From NCBI GenBank assembly GCA_037447605.1, contig CM074807.1:2738327-2802326 (forward strand): a stretch of 64,000 bases of DNA, given 5' to 3'. A program made the translations under genes and the position numbers. Shown here one piece after another: positions 38,260-53,261 of the stretch. Source of the DNA: Zygnema circumcarinatum SAG 698-1b (Eukaryota; Plantae; Zygnematophyceae). Numbering within the stretch: the stretch's first letter is position 1; each line of letters starts with the position of its first letter. The notes beneath the pieces were generated by a model, which worked only from the letters and a program-made list of their open reading frames with translations, searched no databases and was not told where the DNA came from.

Positions 38260-38755
38260 ATGGAGGCGGTTGACTACGTCGTGCGACCGGTGCAAAACTT
38301 CGCGAAGGACAGCATACGGCTGGTGAAGAGATGCCATAAGCCTGACAGACGAGGTGAGCGGAGCGGCTCCATCTGACGCTGCACGGCTGTGGCGGGCTAG
38401 CGCATGCGTTGTGACAGAGGTGCGATAGGCGCAAGTATTCAGTGCCTACGTGACGAAGTAGAGATGACGATTGTAGGTTTGAAGTTCTTTATATTAGAAT
38501 TTGGTCCGGGGCCTCTTCTGCGTTTTAGGTTTATGCGCGTGGAATGTTTGAAGTTGCTGCAGGGCGGCCTTCTGAAGCATTTGGAAGCAGTGCTCAGTAG
38601 CTAATTTTTCACGCCTACGGTTCTTTTCTCGCTCTCTTGCAGAATTTACGAAGGTGGCTTTCAGGACAGCGATTGGATTTGTGGTCATGGGCTTCATTGG
38701 TTTCTTCGTGAAACTTATCTTCATTCCCATTAACAACATTATTGTTGGCTCATGA
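38260..38755 (+). CDS. SEC61G: Protein transport protein Sec61 subunit gamma, 68 aa, 2 exons (38260-38353, 38643-38755)
   Basis: [32 protein letters not shown]|[36 protein letters not shown]. Confidence 0.97.
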
Positions 38756-40322
38756 GTGCGTGTAAGCTACCGTCAGATCTGCATACCCTGCATCGCACAT
38801 GTATTGCCCCCATCTGACCCCGCTCATATTTTTTTTCTCCGGTTTTGTCCTTGCATTGTTGTACCTCTCGTGGTGGTCTGGTGTTCGTGACAGATCTCCT
38901 TTAAGCACATGCCTTTACGACGCTAGTACGATATGCGGTTGTGAATTCTTTGCTCCCTGTTCTGGATGAACCAGTAGCTTTTCTTTCGGCCGACTCCTGT
39001 TTGAGAAGTTACTGTTTGAGAAGTTATCTCTTCCAGGATTGGCGTTAATTTCGTTTCAGCGCAATGCAGTGCGATTGAGTTATGAGTCGTCTCTAAGGAG
39101 CTAATGGTTTGAGCATCCCTTCGCTTGTTGCAGACTTTGTTGAGGGCGACAGCTCACCTCCTTGCGAACCATTGTCGATGCTGACTGGCCCCTTGATAGT
39201 AGTCTATGGCATAAAAAAAAAGCTCTTCTTCCTTTCTGCAAGTAGGCAGGACGCAACTGTTGCAATATCGACCGCCTATGTAACAGTACATCAGGAGGTA
39301 TCCTGGCCAAAGAAGGATTGTTCTTTTTTGAATGAAGTCAGACTCTCTAATTCATAAAATGCTGTTTGCAAAAACTCAGTTTGAAAGTAGCCCTGCTTTT
39401 CTTGGAAGTTACTTGTCTCTTATGCGTCCTTGTCTTTCAGCAATGCTAGTGAGAAGGGTCTGAAATAATGCTCAAACGTTTTTTACCGAAACATTCTTTA
39501 TATAAGAAAATCATTTCTCTTTGTTTGCTGTGCCCATCCATCGAGCTTTGAAGGACAAGCAGTATGTAGTCATACTCACTCCAACGCAACTTTTTAAACG
39601 TAGCGCCCATGAGCATTCCACTTCCAAACCTTGCGCTTGCCATTGCGTCTAGATCAACCACCCTTTCACAACATTTCACAACGTGCCGGCCAAGCCTGTT
39701 CCAGTTCCTATTCCAGAACCCATACCATTGGCCATGTGCACATACCTTCACCACCGCCTTCAGACGCAACTCAAGAAGACACTCCCAAAGGCGCCCCTGC
39801 GGCCGCGACCACTGTTGACCCACGAGCAAGTGGATCCCTGCGTCCACCCACGATCCACACTACCAAATTCGTGGATCTCGTCATTGTGGACTCGGTGCCA
39901 CGAACTTGTCGGCCCTGTTGTCGGCCCGCGAGCCAATCAGACCTGACCGCCGCAACCCGCGAACAGCGGGGCGCCACGTGTCCCCCGCCGCCCGGATCGC
40001 CGCTCTATGTACAACGTCGGCCGCCGGCTCTGTGCGCTTATCTCTTGCCACGTGGCGCATCGTCGCCCGTCGATTTCGAACGTGTGGCTGTAATTGAGCG
40101 TTTCCTAGCACGGAACGGTGCCCATGGAGCGAGTAAAGGCTGGGGCGCTTTTCGCTTTTTCGGGGGAAGCTTCACAAGGTGCGAGAGAGAAGGCCACCTC
40201 TGGAGGGCACAGAGCGGGAAGGAGCTATGTCGCCTCTTTCGTCCTGGAGCTTGCTCCGCTCTGGGAGGTGAGCAGCTTGCTGAGGGAAGCCGCGTACGAA
40301 GAAGGAGAGGACGGTTGCTAAC

Positions 40323-43300
40323 ATGAGCGCCATGGAGGCTCTTGGTGCTGCTTTGCACTCCAATTCAGGACTCGTGCGTGGAGGTCAAAGTGTGGGAACC
40401 TGCTTGGAATTGCGGGCTAAACCTGTGCAGTTAATTGTGAAGGGAGGGAGTGTTTCATGGAAGAAGAGGGAGAGGAGGGGATGGTGCAGCGTGCGAGCTG
40501 AGAATTCGGCTGGAGGTGTTGTGGCAGACTTTGTGACGCCTGCAAGGGAGAACAAGGATTCAATAGCGGTAGAAGAGCTCAATAGGTACGGAGGAAGAGC
40601 TGCACAATCTCTTGAATCCATAGTGAAGGAATTCGAAGCCCTTCCAGATTTCCGGTCACGTGTCTCATTGTTGCAAGAGTATGGAAGTAAGCTCAGAAGG
40701 CTTTCAGAGAAGGAGCGAGTGAGAGAAAATCGCGTTATGGGATGTACTGCTCGAGTTTGGATTACTGCGAGCATAGACAGAAACGGACTTATGCAATATC
40801 ATGGCGATAGCGATTCAGAGCTTTCTAGAGGGCTGTGTTCTGTGCTTGCAAAGGCGCTCAGTGGCGCCCCTGCAGAAGAAGTCCTTGCACTTCCAGCATC
40901 AGCTCTCCTTCCCCTTCAAAAGCTTGTTGGAGCATCCCTTCAGCAGGCCTCACGGTTCAATGCGTTGCATGCAGTGCTGCAAGGCTTCCAGAAAAAAACA
41001 CGTTTGCTAGCTCAGCCATCTACAATGGAACGTTTTCCTTCCCTACTTATTACTGCAGACGGAGCTCTTGAAGCTCAGGGTGACTTTGCTATTGCACAGG
41101 CGCAATACCTTGAACCTGACAAAAAAGCAGTTGAGCAACTGAGAGCCGTGCTGGAAGAGAAGAAAATTGGAGTCGTTGCGCATTTTTACATGGATCCTGA
41201 GGTTCAAGGGGTCTTGGTTAGTATTCAGCAACTTTGGCCGCACATTTTTATATCGGACTCGCTTGTTATGGCGGATCGTGCTTTGAGCATGGCCGCTGCT
41301 GGTTGTGAAAGAATTGCTGTTTTGGGGGTAGATTTCATGACGGAAAATGTTCGAGCAATCCTGGATCGAGGAGGATACGCCCATATTCCTGTGTTGCGTA
41401 TGTCCTCCGACAGCATTGGCTGCTCTCTAGCAGAGGCAGCGGAGAGTGACCGCTATTTGACATACTTGGAGGAAGCTGCACAGACACCTCGCTCGATGCA
41501 TGTTATCTATATCAATACATCGTTGGAGACGAAAGCAAGGGCACACTCTTTGCTGCCGACAATCACCTGTACTTCATCAAACGTGGTGCAAACAGTGCTG
41601 CAGGTGAGGAGTGACTGCCGTTGGCGGCATTAATCTTCCTCTAAAGGACTTTGCATTCTTACCGTATTAGAGAGACCAGACTGTGGAGCTATAGATGGTC
41701 ATATTGACCATTTGGTGCCGGCCTTTAGTAAATCTAAGTTTCTAGTCAACCTCACCTGAAATTTTGTTGGGTGGAGCAGGCATTTGCACAGGTGCCTGAC
41801 TTGACCCTGTGGTACGGACCGGACACATATATGGGAGGCAATTTGGCAGAGATGCTGCGGCAAATGGCACTTATGTCAGACGATGAAATTGCAGCAGTGC
41901 ATCCACGGCACAACCGTTCGTCCATTAGTGCGCTTCTTCCTAGACTGCGGTATTATCAGGTCCGTGCACTCTCACATAATGACCAATTCCATTCTTGTAG
42001 GAAGCTGTGATTCTGAGAGAAGGTCATGATGTGGATAAGAGTTGTTAGATATAGAAAAGAAGGGGTGGAATCGTACGAAGGCGTGAAGCAGGCAAGGCTC
42101 GAGGGACATAGAAATTAGTGGAAAGAAATGGGGCCACGAATAGGAGCAACGACAAAAAGTAACGAATTTAAATTGATCAGATTTGCTGGGAAACACAGCG
42201 AATTGGGCTTTTTCTCTGGCACTGGGTGATTGCAGAGCATTCTCTTAGATAGGGCAAAAATGGAACCACTTGGAGTGAGTGAAATGTTGAATAGTTGATA
42301 TAGGAACAACTGAAACCATGTTGTGGCAGGCATTAGCATCTGGGTTTTAAGTCCTCCCTACAGGAAGGATTTAGGAACCTCCCAAGATGTTTCTGCGAAA
42401 ACGAATCTGACGGTGCTATTGGTTGGCACAGCAGACAGCTTAGGAAATGGAAGAAGGGACTTTGAGAATTGCCTGTAGGCTTGGAAGAGGGGTTTATGAT
42501 TGAATATCCAATCTTTCACCTCCGTTCACGCACAGGATAAGCCATCAAATAGTGCATAGTGTAGAAAGTCTTCTTCCCTTCCTCATCAGTTTTTGTAATT
42601 TACGAAATTTACTTGTTCCTTGCAAAGGAGCAGCCATTTTCAGGATTGCTTATGAAGATGCCTGGGTTACGTTTTGTGCAGGAGGGAACCTGCATCGTGC
42701 ATGACCTCTTTGGTCAGGAAGTTGTGGATCGTGTCCGAAATTGCTACGGAGATGCTTATCAGACAGCGCACTTTGAGGTGCCTGGAGAGATGTTTGCATT
42801 GGCTATGGAGGCCCGCAGTCGAGGAATGGGCACAGTGGGTTCTACACAGAACATTTTGGACTTTATCTTTGCCCGGACGCAGGAGGCAATAGAACGCGGG
42901 TTTGATGATCGGCTCCAGTTTGTGCTTGGCACCGAGGCTGGAATGGTCACTGCCATTGTGCAGCAAGCGAAGAGACAGCTTGCAGAGGCTCGGACGAAGG
43001 GGTCAACTGCTAGCTTGGAAGTAGAAATTGTGTTTCCTGTAAGTAGCTCTGCAATTGCTACTACAGAGAGCAGTTTGTCACACGGCAATGGAGCTCCTTC
43101 AGGACCGCTTGCAGAACTTGCAATTGTTCCAGGCGTCAGCAGTGGAGAAGGGTGTTCCATTTCCGGTGGATGCGCGTCATGCCCCTATATGAAGGTGTGA
43201 ATCGTATTCCTCATTATAAGTTCATGATTCTTTTCTGGTAAACAAAGCATATGCCTGATAAACATCATGCTTTGTTAGCACAGTAAGGGGCATGAGAGAG

Positions 43301-43929
43301 CTGCAGCCAGAAGCTACCATCGTTCACTATCGCTTTGAACCTGAAAGTAAGCTGCTGCTGCAGTTGCGACATCTTTCCTGTCCTGCAGTCTATGTCAGTG
43401 GAAGCTGCTGAAGTTATTGAGGCGATGCTATTTTCTGAAGGAAAGCTTTGCTTGTGGCGCTTGCAGATGAACAGCCTCGATGCTTTGCTTAGAGTGTGCA
43501 AGCTGGTTGGTACTCCTGGCGAAGCGTTATTGGCTGGCTACCTGCCTCGGTCGTTTAATGAGAGCGAGATAGCGGGCAGGGCTGTGGCTGACATTGGCTG
43601 TGATCCCATCTTGCACATGCGTCACTTTCAGGTTAGGTCGCACCCTTTCTCCTTGTTGTTTCTTGTTTGTAGGAGAGAAGAACTGCTTCTTAGCTGGTTT
43701 AAATTCTTTACGGAGAAACAAATGTATCGGGACAAGAACCTTTTGCAACAGCCTTCCATGTTGCCCGGTGAATCTGCAGAGTTTCAGTGCCCTGGAGTGA
43801 GCGGCGTCTGTTGCCAATCAGGTCTGACTAGCATGCGGTTGGTGCTTGGAGGGGGTGCAGAAAACCGGCGTGCTATCAGAGGAGCTTGTAGAGGACGTGT
43901 TGATTCGAAACACGGCAGCAAGGCGATGA
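40323..43929 (+). CDS. QS: Plastid quinolinate synthase (SufE domain fused to NadA; SufE3/QS)
   Basis: SufE domain: ENRVMGCTARVW...GDSDSELSRG. NadA: IGVVAHFYMDPEVQG, ISDSLVMAD, GCSLAEAA, YINTSLETKA, ITCTSSNVV, CIVHDLFG, AHFEVPGEMF, GCASCPYMK|MNSL, HMRHFQ. Last exon is 43861-43929. Confidence 0.96.
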
Positions 43930-44861
43930 CTGTTGCTAGAATTGGAGGAATGCTTAAATCACCCTGCAAATGGGCCTTTCTAGAAAATGTGTAAATAGGG
44001 CATGGATGCACATGCCATGTGAGAGGTAATGGAGCTCGTGCTGAGTTGGTCTCACAATTGTGACCTACACTATTAGTGAGCTGGGAGTGCTTCCGCAGTA
44101 CGTAGGGAAGTCGCGCAGTGTTTGCACGAGCATCTGCAAATGAATGCAATGTGGCTGCAAAGAACTAAGTTAACTTATGGGAGTGAAAGATGTTGGCGTA
44201 GTCCAGTGCCCCTCGTTCGCGATCGTCCCTTTTTGCCATTCAGATGCAGACGTCCAGGAATATGGAGCTTGTGTGCTTGTGAGGTTGGCGCAGAGCAAAG
44301 AGTGGAGATTGGAAGCGAATTATCAAAAATAAGTCTACAGTACCAATTGGCTCTCTCCGGCTTATCCTCCTTTGCCATGAAAAGGTCTTCCGTAGTTTGC
44401 GCTTGGACTCGAGGATGGCAGCTCACCTTGACACCACACAGATCTCAGCTCCCCCTCCCTCTGCTCCCTTCTCCCTTCAGCACTGCCACTCGACAATAAC
44501 ACTCTCTGCCTTATCACATGGCAGTACCATAAACTGACGCAGTAGATCATAAACAACAGCAAAAGCTCCTAAAGATTGTGGCAAAACAACAGAGCTATAG
44601 CGGTGTATCTGTTGGCCCAACGTACTGTCTCCGCTGTCGGAGGGCTCTTCAGCTTCCATCAGTCACTCCCGATCCGCTGTCTGCCTATCCCCTTCCTGTT
44701 GCTGCATAGATACTCCTTCGAGGCGGATGACAGAAAGACCTAGACAAAATCTGTACACGTAGTTGGACTCCCTTGTATTGCAACTTCACTCTCTCCTCTT
44801 CGTTTTCCTCTGACTTAAAAGGACAACAATGGAGTTGTTCGTGAAGAGAAGTTGATTTGAA

Positions 44862-45713
44862 TCATATGAACGATTTCTTTTTGTTGGCCTCGAGCCTCAG
44901 AAGCCTCTGCAATCAGCATGCTTAGGTCAAAAGGCAGGTTGGGCAGTGAGTTGATCAATTCGCAAGAGCAGGGCTTGCACTATTGACTCAAACCATCTTA
45001 AGATAAAGAGGCATGCATTCTACAGTATTCAACTCCTATGGTGTTTGTGGAAACCTTGCTAGCCATTCGGTTGGAGCCTATGAAAAAATTGAAGCCCACT
45101 AAAGACGCATAGGATTCCATAATGGCAAAGGAAAGGAACAAATGCCTGAGATGGTGTCTAGCTACTCAAAGTTATCCAGAGGCCTCCAATTTCATCCAAG
45201 ATTTTGCAAGGTGTTCATTCGCATTGGTTAAAAAAAAAAAAATGTGCATGGGTTGGGGAAATAACAAAGCTCTATAAGGGTAAATCTCATTCCAGTTGTT
45301 GCCAAGAACCTAAAAAATATTTGATATTTTTCCAGACTCAGAGTAATATTCTTGATTAGAGAAGCACAGCGTGAAACTAGTCAAGCAGTGTGTCCACAAT
45401 ACAGCTGTCAGAGGGCTTCACCGCAACGTACCTCCTGCTTCTTGCATTCCTTGTAGGCCGCAAATTGGTTCTGGCATTTGCTCTTCTCATAGTTCGCATC
45501 ATCCAGGCCTGCCGAGCAGGATCAAAAAGACCTTATGCATAACTGAACTGGCATTTACGACAGATACTTGATCGCAAAACAGGTCACTCGCGAGTGCATG
45601 CACGTACTGGAGAAAATTAACTCACATTTAAGTGAGGAATTGTATTGAGTGGCGCACATTGAGTCCGAGAGCTTGTTCACTCCCTTCTTAGGTGACAATG
45701 GCTCCGTCGACAT
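44862..45713 (-). CDS. COX23: Twin CX9C mitochondrial intermembrane-space protein (COX23/CHCHD7 family), 69 aa, 3 exons (45713-45626, 45508-45432, 44906-44862)
   Basis: Spliced: MSTEPLSPKKGVNKLSDSMC-ATQYNSSLK-CLDDANYEKSKC-QNQFAAYKE-CKKQE-RLLRLEANKKKSFI*. Two exact CX9C motifs and consistent phases. Not seen as a whole in the ORF track. Confidence 0.9.
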
Positions 45714-47203
45714 CGTGATAGTGCTGTTGCTCCTGGCCCTCAACTGCAATCCGTATAACTATCAGACACAAAATATTTTGAACTAATTGGCTGCCAGAGG
45801 GACCGAGGAATGAAACGAGCGTGAAGCCCTTATGCTCATTGCAACACATCGATTTGAAATCTAGGTAAATAATAGACACAACTGAACTACTGCCTCCTTG
45901 AGTATTGCAGCAGCAACCCTATTACAACTGAGCGACAACGGGAAAGCCAAAAATTTTGAATGGAAAAACTGTTCCAAGACAAGGGCTGTCCATTCTGTCT
46001 GACCCCTAAAAAGGCATGTCTGCTTGCATTTCCAGATTTCAGACGATTAGAATGATGCGTCAAGGATTCAAGGCTGATAAACTATGAAAGGATTCGGGTT
46101 TTACGAAGCCCTCCCCAGTTCAAAATTTTGGGTTCAAGGATGCATATTGAAGAGCGCAGATACCTTTCAGGAGCAGAGGCGCTCTCAACATCCAAAAATA
46201 TCTGCTACAGTCAAAGGATGCATTCTAGGGTTTGTAAAAACATCACTCCCACTGCGGAGGATGCTCGCAGGGCTACCCTAGGGTTCAGGGCCGCTTTTTA
46301 GGGTTGATGTTCACTAGAGAAACCCTCTCTGGCTCCTACTGCAGACTTTCACATTGCTTTCAATATTATCTCGATTCGATTCCAAGGGGATAAACGGTAC
46401 TGAGAAATTCATGGGTGGGCGCGATATTGTGGTAATGGTAACAGAGATGTTTTCGTCTGATGACACCTCATAGCTGCTTAGTGTGGGTGGCAGAAATAGT
46501 TTGTGCGCGTTTTCAGTGTATATGTATGCATAATGAAAGTATGAGTACGAAAATATGACTGGACAGTATTGGAAGTGAAATGTGGCATTGATTTCACACA
46601 CTGTATTTAGTATGCATATACAGACATTGGATACTCAGTGGTTTCTACACTTTGAACGATGTTTGTAGGAAGTGGCGCACAACTGAAGACTGTCATTCTA
46701 TGAGGTTGCACCTTTGCAACTTTCTGTTGGCTATCATTTTTCCTAAATTTTCTTCGTTGGCAGGAGAAACTGTAGTGTACTGCAGATACAAAGCAAGAAT
46801 TGGAGTTCTGTGAGGCATGTGCTCAAACCTTGCAGTGTGCTAAAATTCTCAGGGCAATCAAAACCACACTTGACATGTTTCGATGCCATCACAGGAGCCA
46901 TGGCCTGACTCATTTTCGCCTTCAATGCAGCAGATTCTCCTGCGGGTTCATTTGAAAACAGGCCACACACAGACCTTCACAGGCGCTGGGCTCTGAGGGC
47001 TAAGGGCAAGATGGCCATATTCATCTAATCCTCGAGTAAAGGGAAAAACAGTTGGACTCAGTAATAAACCAACAAAAAATTACTCTGCTCCCCTCACAAT
47101 CGCTTTGGAGATATCTCTACCTTCACTTAAATTCTTTACAAATATGAGAGCGTCGACTACTTTTGCTAGTGCGATTGTTTGGGTTGCTTATATCTTGTTG
47201 TTG

Positions 47204-47932
47204 CTACTGTTGTTGTTGGTGGTGGTGTTGTTGGCCAGCCGGTATATGGTTCCTGCTTAGGTCCACAAGTGCCCTGAAGGAGAAGGGTTCGTGCATGGCC
47301 AGCTCAGATAAGACTTTTCGGTTTAGCTGCACATTCTCGCAAGAGAGTCCGTGTATAAACTGCCCATATTTTACCTGCAGAGGGATACAAATGTAAAGGA
47401 GAAAGCAATTGGTAAGTATTGCAGCCCCTCTCCCTCTCCCTCTCTCTCTCCCTCTCCCTCTCTCTCTCCCTCTCCCTCTCCACTCGAAACCTCTCCCCCG
47501 CTCTTTCCCGATTAGTGGTTGTCAATGCTTTTCGGTTTTCTATTTTCCAGAACATCTCTCAATCTCGCCCCTCCTTCCTTCCGCTCCACTTCCTTTGCCC
47601 TTCCCTCTCCCACGCCTTCCCTCCTTCTCCACTTCCCAATTCCCAGCCTCTCCCTCCTCCCGCTCCCCCTCCCCCCCCCCCCTCCCTCCTCCCGCTCCCC
47701 CTCCCCCCCCCCTCCCTCCTCCTCTCCCTCCTCCTCTCCCACTGACCCCGTGCTCCCGCGCGCCGGCGTTGATACGCTGCAGCCAGAGGCCGCGCATGTC
47801 GCGCTTCTTGTTGCGGCGGTCGCGGTACGCGTACTGCAGCGCCTTCTCCACGCGCTCGGTCGCCGCGCGGAGACAGTTCTTCGACCGCCCGCGGAAGCCC
47901 TTCGCCAGCTCGAATATCAGCTCGCGCTTCAT
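47204..47932 (-). CDS. MRPL20: Mitochondrial ribosomal protein bL20m, 2 exons (47932-47747, 47374-47204)
   Basis: [62 protein letters not shown]|[37 protein letters not shown]. It lacks a plastid transit peptide and has the mitochondrial-type short N-terminus. Confidence 0.93.
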
Positions 47933-47949
47933 GCTGCCCCCCCGCCGCC

Positions 47950-47950
47950 C

Positions 47951-47983
<33 letters not shown>

Positions 47984-48160
47984 GAAGAGAGAGGGAGAGA
48001 GAGAGGAGAGAGGGGGAGAGAGAGAGAGGACAGCGAGGAAGGAGAGCGGGGAGAGGACTGGGGGAGGGACTCAGGAGGGATGGGCCACAAGTGGAGGGAG
48101 AGCGAGAGTGGCAGGGAGAGAGAGAGGGAGAGCTGTCTCCCGCCAGCGCAAACCCTAACC
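47950..48160 (-). promoter_or_regulatory. MRPL20 5' region: (CT)n/(GA)n tract plus telo-box
   Basis: Long GA/CT microsatellite at 47950-48130 and AAACCCTAA at ~48150. Telo-boxes are established features of plant ribosomal-protein gene promoters. Confidence 0.55.
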
Positions 48161-48295
48161 GTCGCTATACATGCCAGTTTTACCGCGCAGTTGCGTAGTT
48201 AATTCCCCCATTAAGAGTTACCGTTACAGTTTTTGTTACGCGCGGGATCCGAAATTTCCGGCGACTTGCGGTTTACGATTTGGCGCGCAGCGGAG

Positions 48296-48745
48296 GGGGC
48301 ATCGGGCTGCGCTTTGCCGGACAGGGGAGACTCAGGACCTCTGTGACGACCATAGACTGTGGGGGGACAGCCAAATTTCGCTGGCAGAGGTAGAGAGGAT
48401 CACAAAGGTTGGAGGGTGAGTGAAAGGAGGGCGTGTATGTGGGTCCCTAGCAGTGTCCCGTCCGTTTGGAAACTCCATGTATAAGACAAGGAGGAAGGAG
48501 ATGTTGTTGCAGGGAATAAAGGAGGGGAGGTGGACCGCGCCATTTGCTTCAAAGATGAGGACAGACACGGAGCGGATTAAGACCCTGCCTGATTTCCAGT
48601 GCTTAGAGGTTCCTGACGATGCGGAGTTTGTCATGGATGGGCTGTGGGATGCAGTGAAGAGTACAGAAGCGGCGCGGTTTCTGCTCAAGGGTGAAGCTCA
48701 AGGAGCACGGAGACATGCAGAGAGCATGTGACTCGCTAGTTCAGC
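48296..48745 (+). pseudogene. PPH1: Intronless pseudogene fragment of a thylakoid PP2C phosphatase (TAP38/PPH1-like)
   Basis: RAALCRTGETQDLCDDHRLWG...EVERITKVGG*VKGGRVCGSLAVSRPFGNSMYKTRRKEMLLQGIKEGRW...LPDF...EFVMDGLWD. In-frame TGA at 48417-48419 where Trp is expected, loss of the hydrophobic-AS residues before DGLWD, and a frameshift before KLKEHGDMQRACDSLVQ. No N-terminal half and no introns. Confidence 0.85.
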
Positions 48746-49541
48746 CAAAAGGAACGGAGGATAACTGAACTGAATGAAGTGAAAGGAAGATTTTGCTTTA
48801 ATTTGTTCAAACCTGTGAGTGGAGAGTGTACTCTGTTTATTTGTTTTTTTATTTTTTTTTCCTTTTCTCCCGGTTACAATGAATAAATGGCACGACTGCC
48901 ACGAGGGTGTGTATAAATGCTTTGCCAAAGGCTTTGGAACCTGTGGAGGGAGGGAGTTCATCTATGCTGTTGAAGAGGAAGATGCTGAACACTAAATGCT
49001 CTTCCTTTTTAAAACCTGCTCCATCGAATGGCCTCAAGTTTAAGCACCATATTCACCTTCATAATTTTTAAATTTCATAAAAAAAAGGGGAAGAGCAAAG
49101 AGCGAAAAAGGTACTGGGTTTGCATCCGTACAGTTCTACAGTTCTAGTCTACGACCAAACACCTCCAATGAACGTCTGAGCAAATTTATAGAAGTGAAGC
49201 TGTTCCTTAAAAACACCTTAGAAACCATAAAAAACCTACAAAATACTAAAACTAAGAAAATGCTGAAAGTACCCCAACACCAGCCCCTTGCGACAGAAGG
49301 TGAAGGCAATGTTTGCCAACGAGTTCACATGTAGGACATCCTAAAAACCCTAAAACCCTAAAAACCCTAATAAAAAACTCTCCGCCTCAGTTTCCAGCTC
49401 TGAAGCTTCAACCAAATGAAGAAAACTGGACCCTCAAAAAACGCACAATTTTTGAAGGGGGTTACTCACTCCATTCAGGCAGCCCCCCATTTCCATCGTG
49501 GTTTCATTTCCCCGTAGTTTTTCGCTCTTAGCTTCTTTCTA

Positions 49542-49634
49542 TTGTGCTTAGGTCCTTTGCGACCAGTCCCTTGTGGTTCCACATCATGCTTTTGTCCATT
49601 TACATTTGATGGCCTCGCCATCGTGAGTTCAATG
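49542..49634 (-). repeat. Dispersed ~100-bp repeat, copy 4
   Basis: Reverse complement reads cattgaactcacgatggcgaggccatcaaatgtaaatggacaaaagcatgatgtggaaccacaagggactggtcgcaaaggacctaagcacaa. Confidence 0.9.
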
Positions 49635-50323
49635 AAATTTCCACCCCTTTTTCCGACCAAAGGGATTCGGAATCCACAACCAGAATTCCATGAACCAATC
49701 GCAGCATGCCACGTCGGACGTTGTAACTATGATGGCAAAAACAAATCTGCATGTCATGGTTTACTTCTTTATTCTGAGTCATTCTCTGTATCACTAAAAG
49801 GTTACAGGGAAACAGAAGAAGACGGAACACTTTGACTTCAAATCGGACATTCTTGGATCGAATCCAACAAATCTGCTCAAGGCAGCACACCTCAGAATCC
49901 ATATGCAAAATATTAACATGTGCTTCAAAGGGGTCATGTGTCATGCACAACAAGAAGGCTATCGCCTTAAACTGATCCAGAATCTGTTCCTATGAACTGT
50001 ACGCCTATATAAACATGATCTTTCTCCTTCGGCAAGGCAACTATTAAGCCAAGAAAATTCTGAATTCAATTCGACACAAGGACACTCAACAAGTGTACAG
50101 TAGCAGGCCTCATTGCCTGAATCGTTCATTGCAGCAGCGTTTGGCCACTCTTCTTCACCCTTATCTCAAACTCACGACCTCTCCCTCCCATACTCTCTCA
50201 CTCGCTTACCCCTTTCCTTGCATGGCCACCCTAAGTCTGGCACAAAGGAAAAGATTGGCTCTTTAGCCTGCTTCCAACCTATTCCTCCTTCCTCATCTGA
50301 GAGTAGCAGGCAGTGGATGGGCT

Positions 50324-53261
<2,938 letters not shown>

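Noticed and set aside
39446-40326. 231-aa (+) and 133-aa (-) ORFs upstream of quinolinate synthase
   Set aside because: No recognizable domain and no consistent splice model; they overlap promoter sequence with G-boxes. A decayed TE fragment cannot be excluded.
44120-44760. Small minus-strand ORFs downstream of COX23 as a third cistron
   Set aside because: Could not assemble a consistent spliced ORF or recognize a domain.
47409-48202. 249-aa and 227-aa + strand ORFs
   Set aside because: Antisense to MRPL20 and built from CT/GA repeats.
49100-49160. Possible Helitron 3' end (CTAG|T) flanking the TAP38 fragment
   Set aside because: The preceding hairpin is too weak and no matching 5' TC end could be defined.
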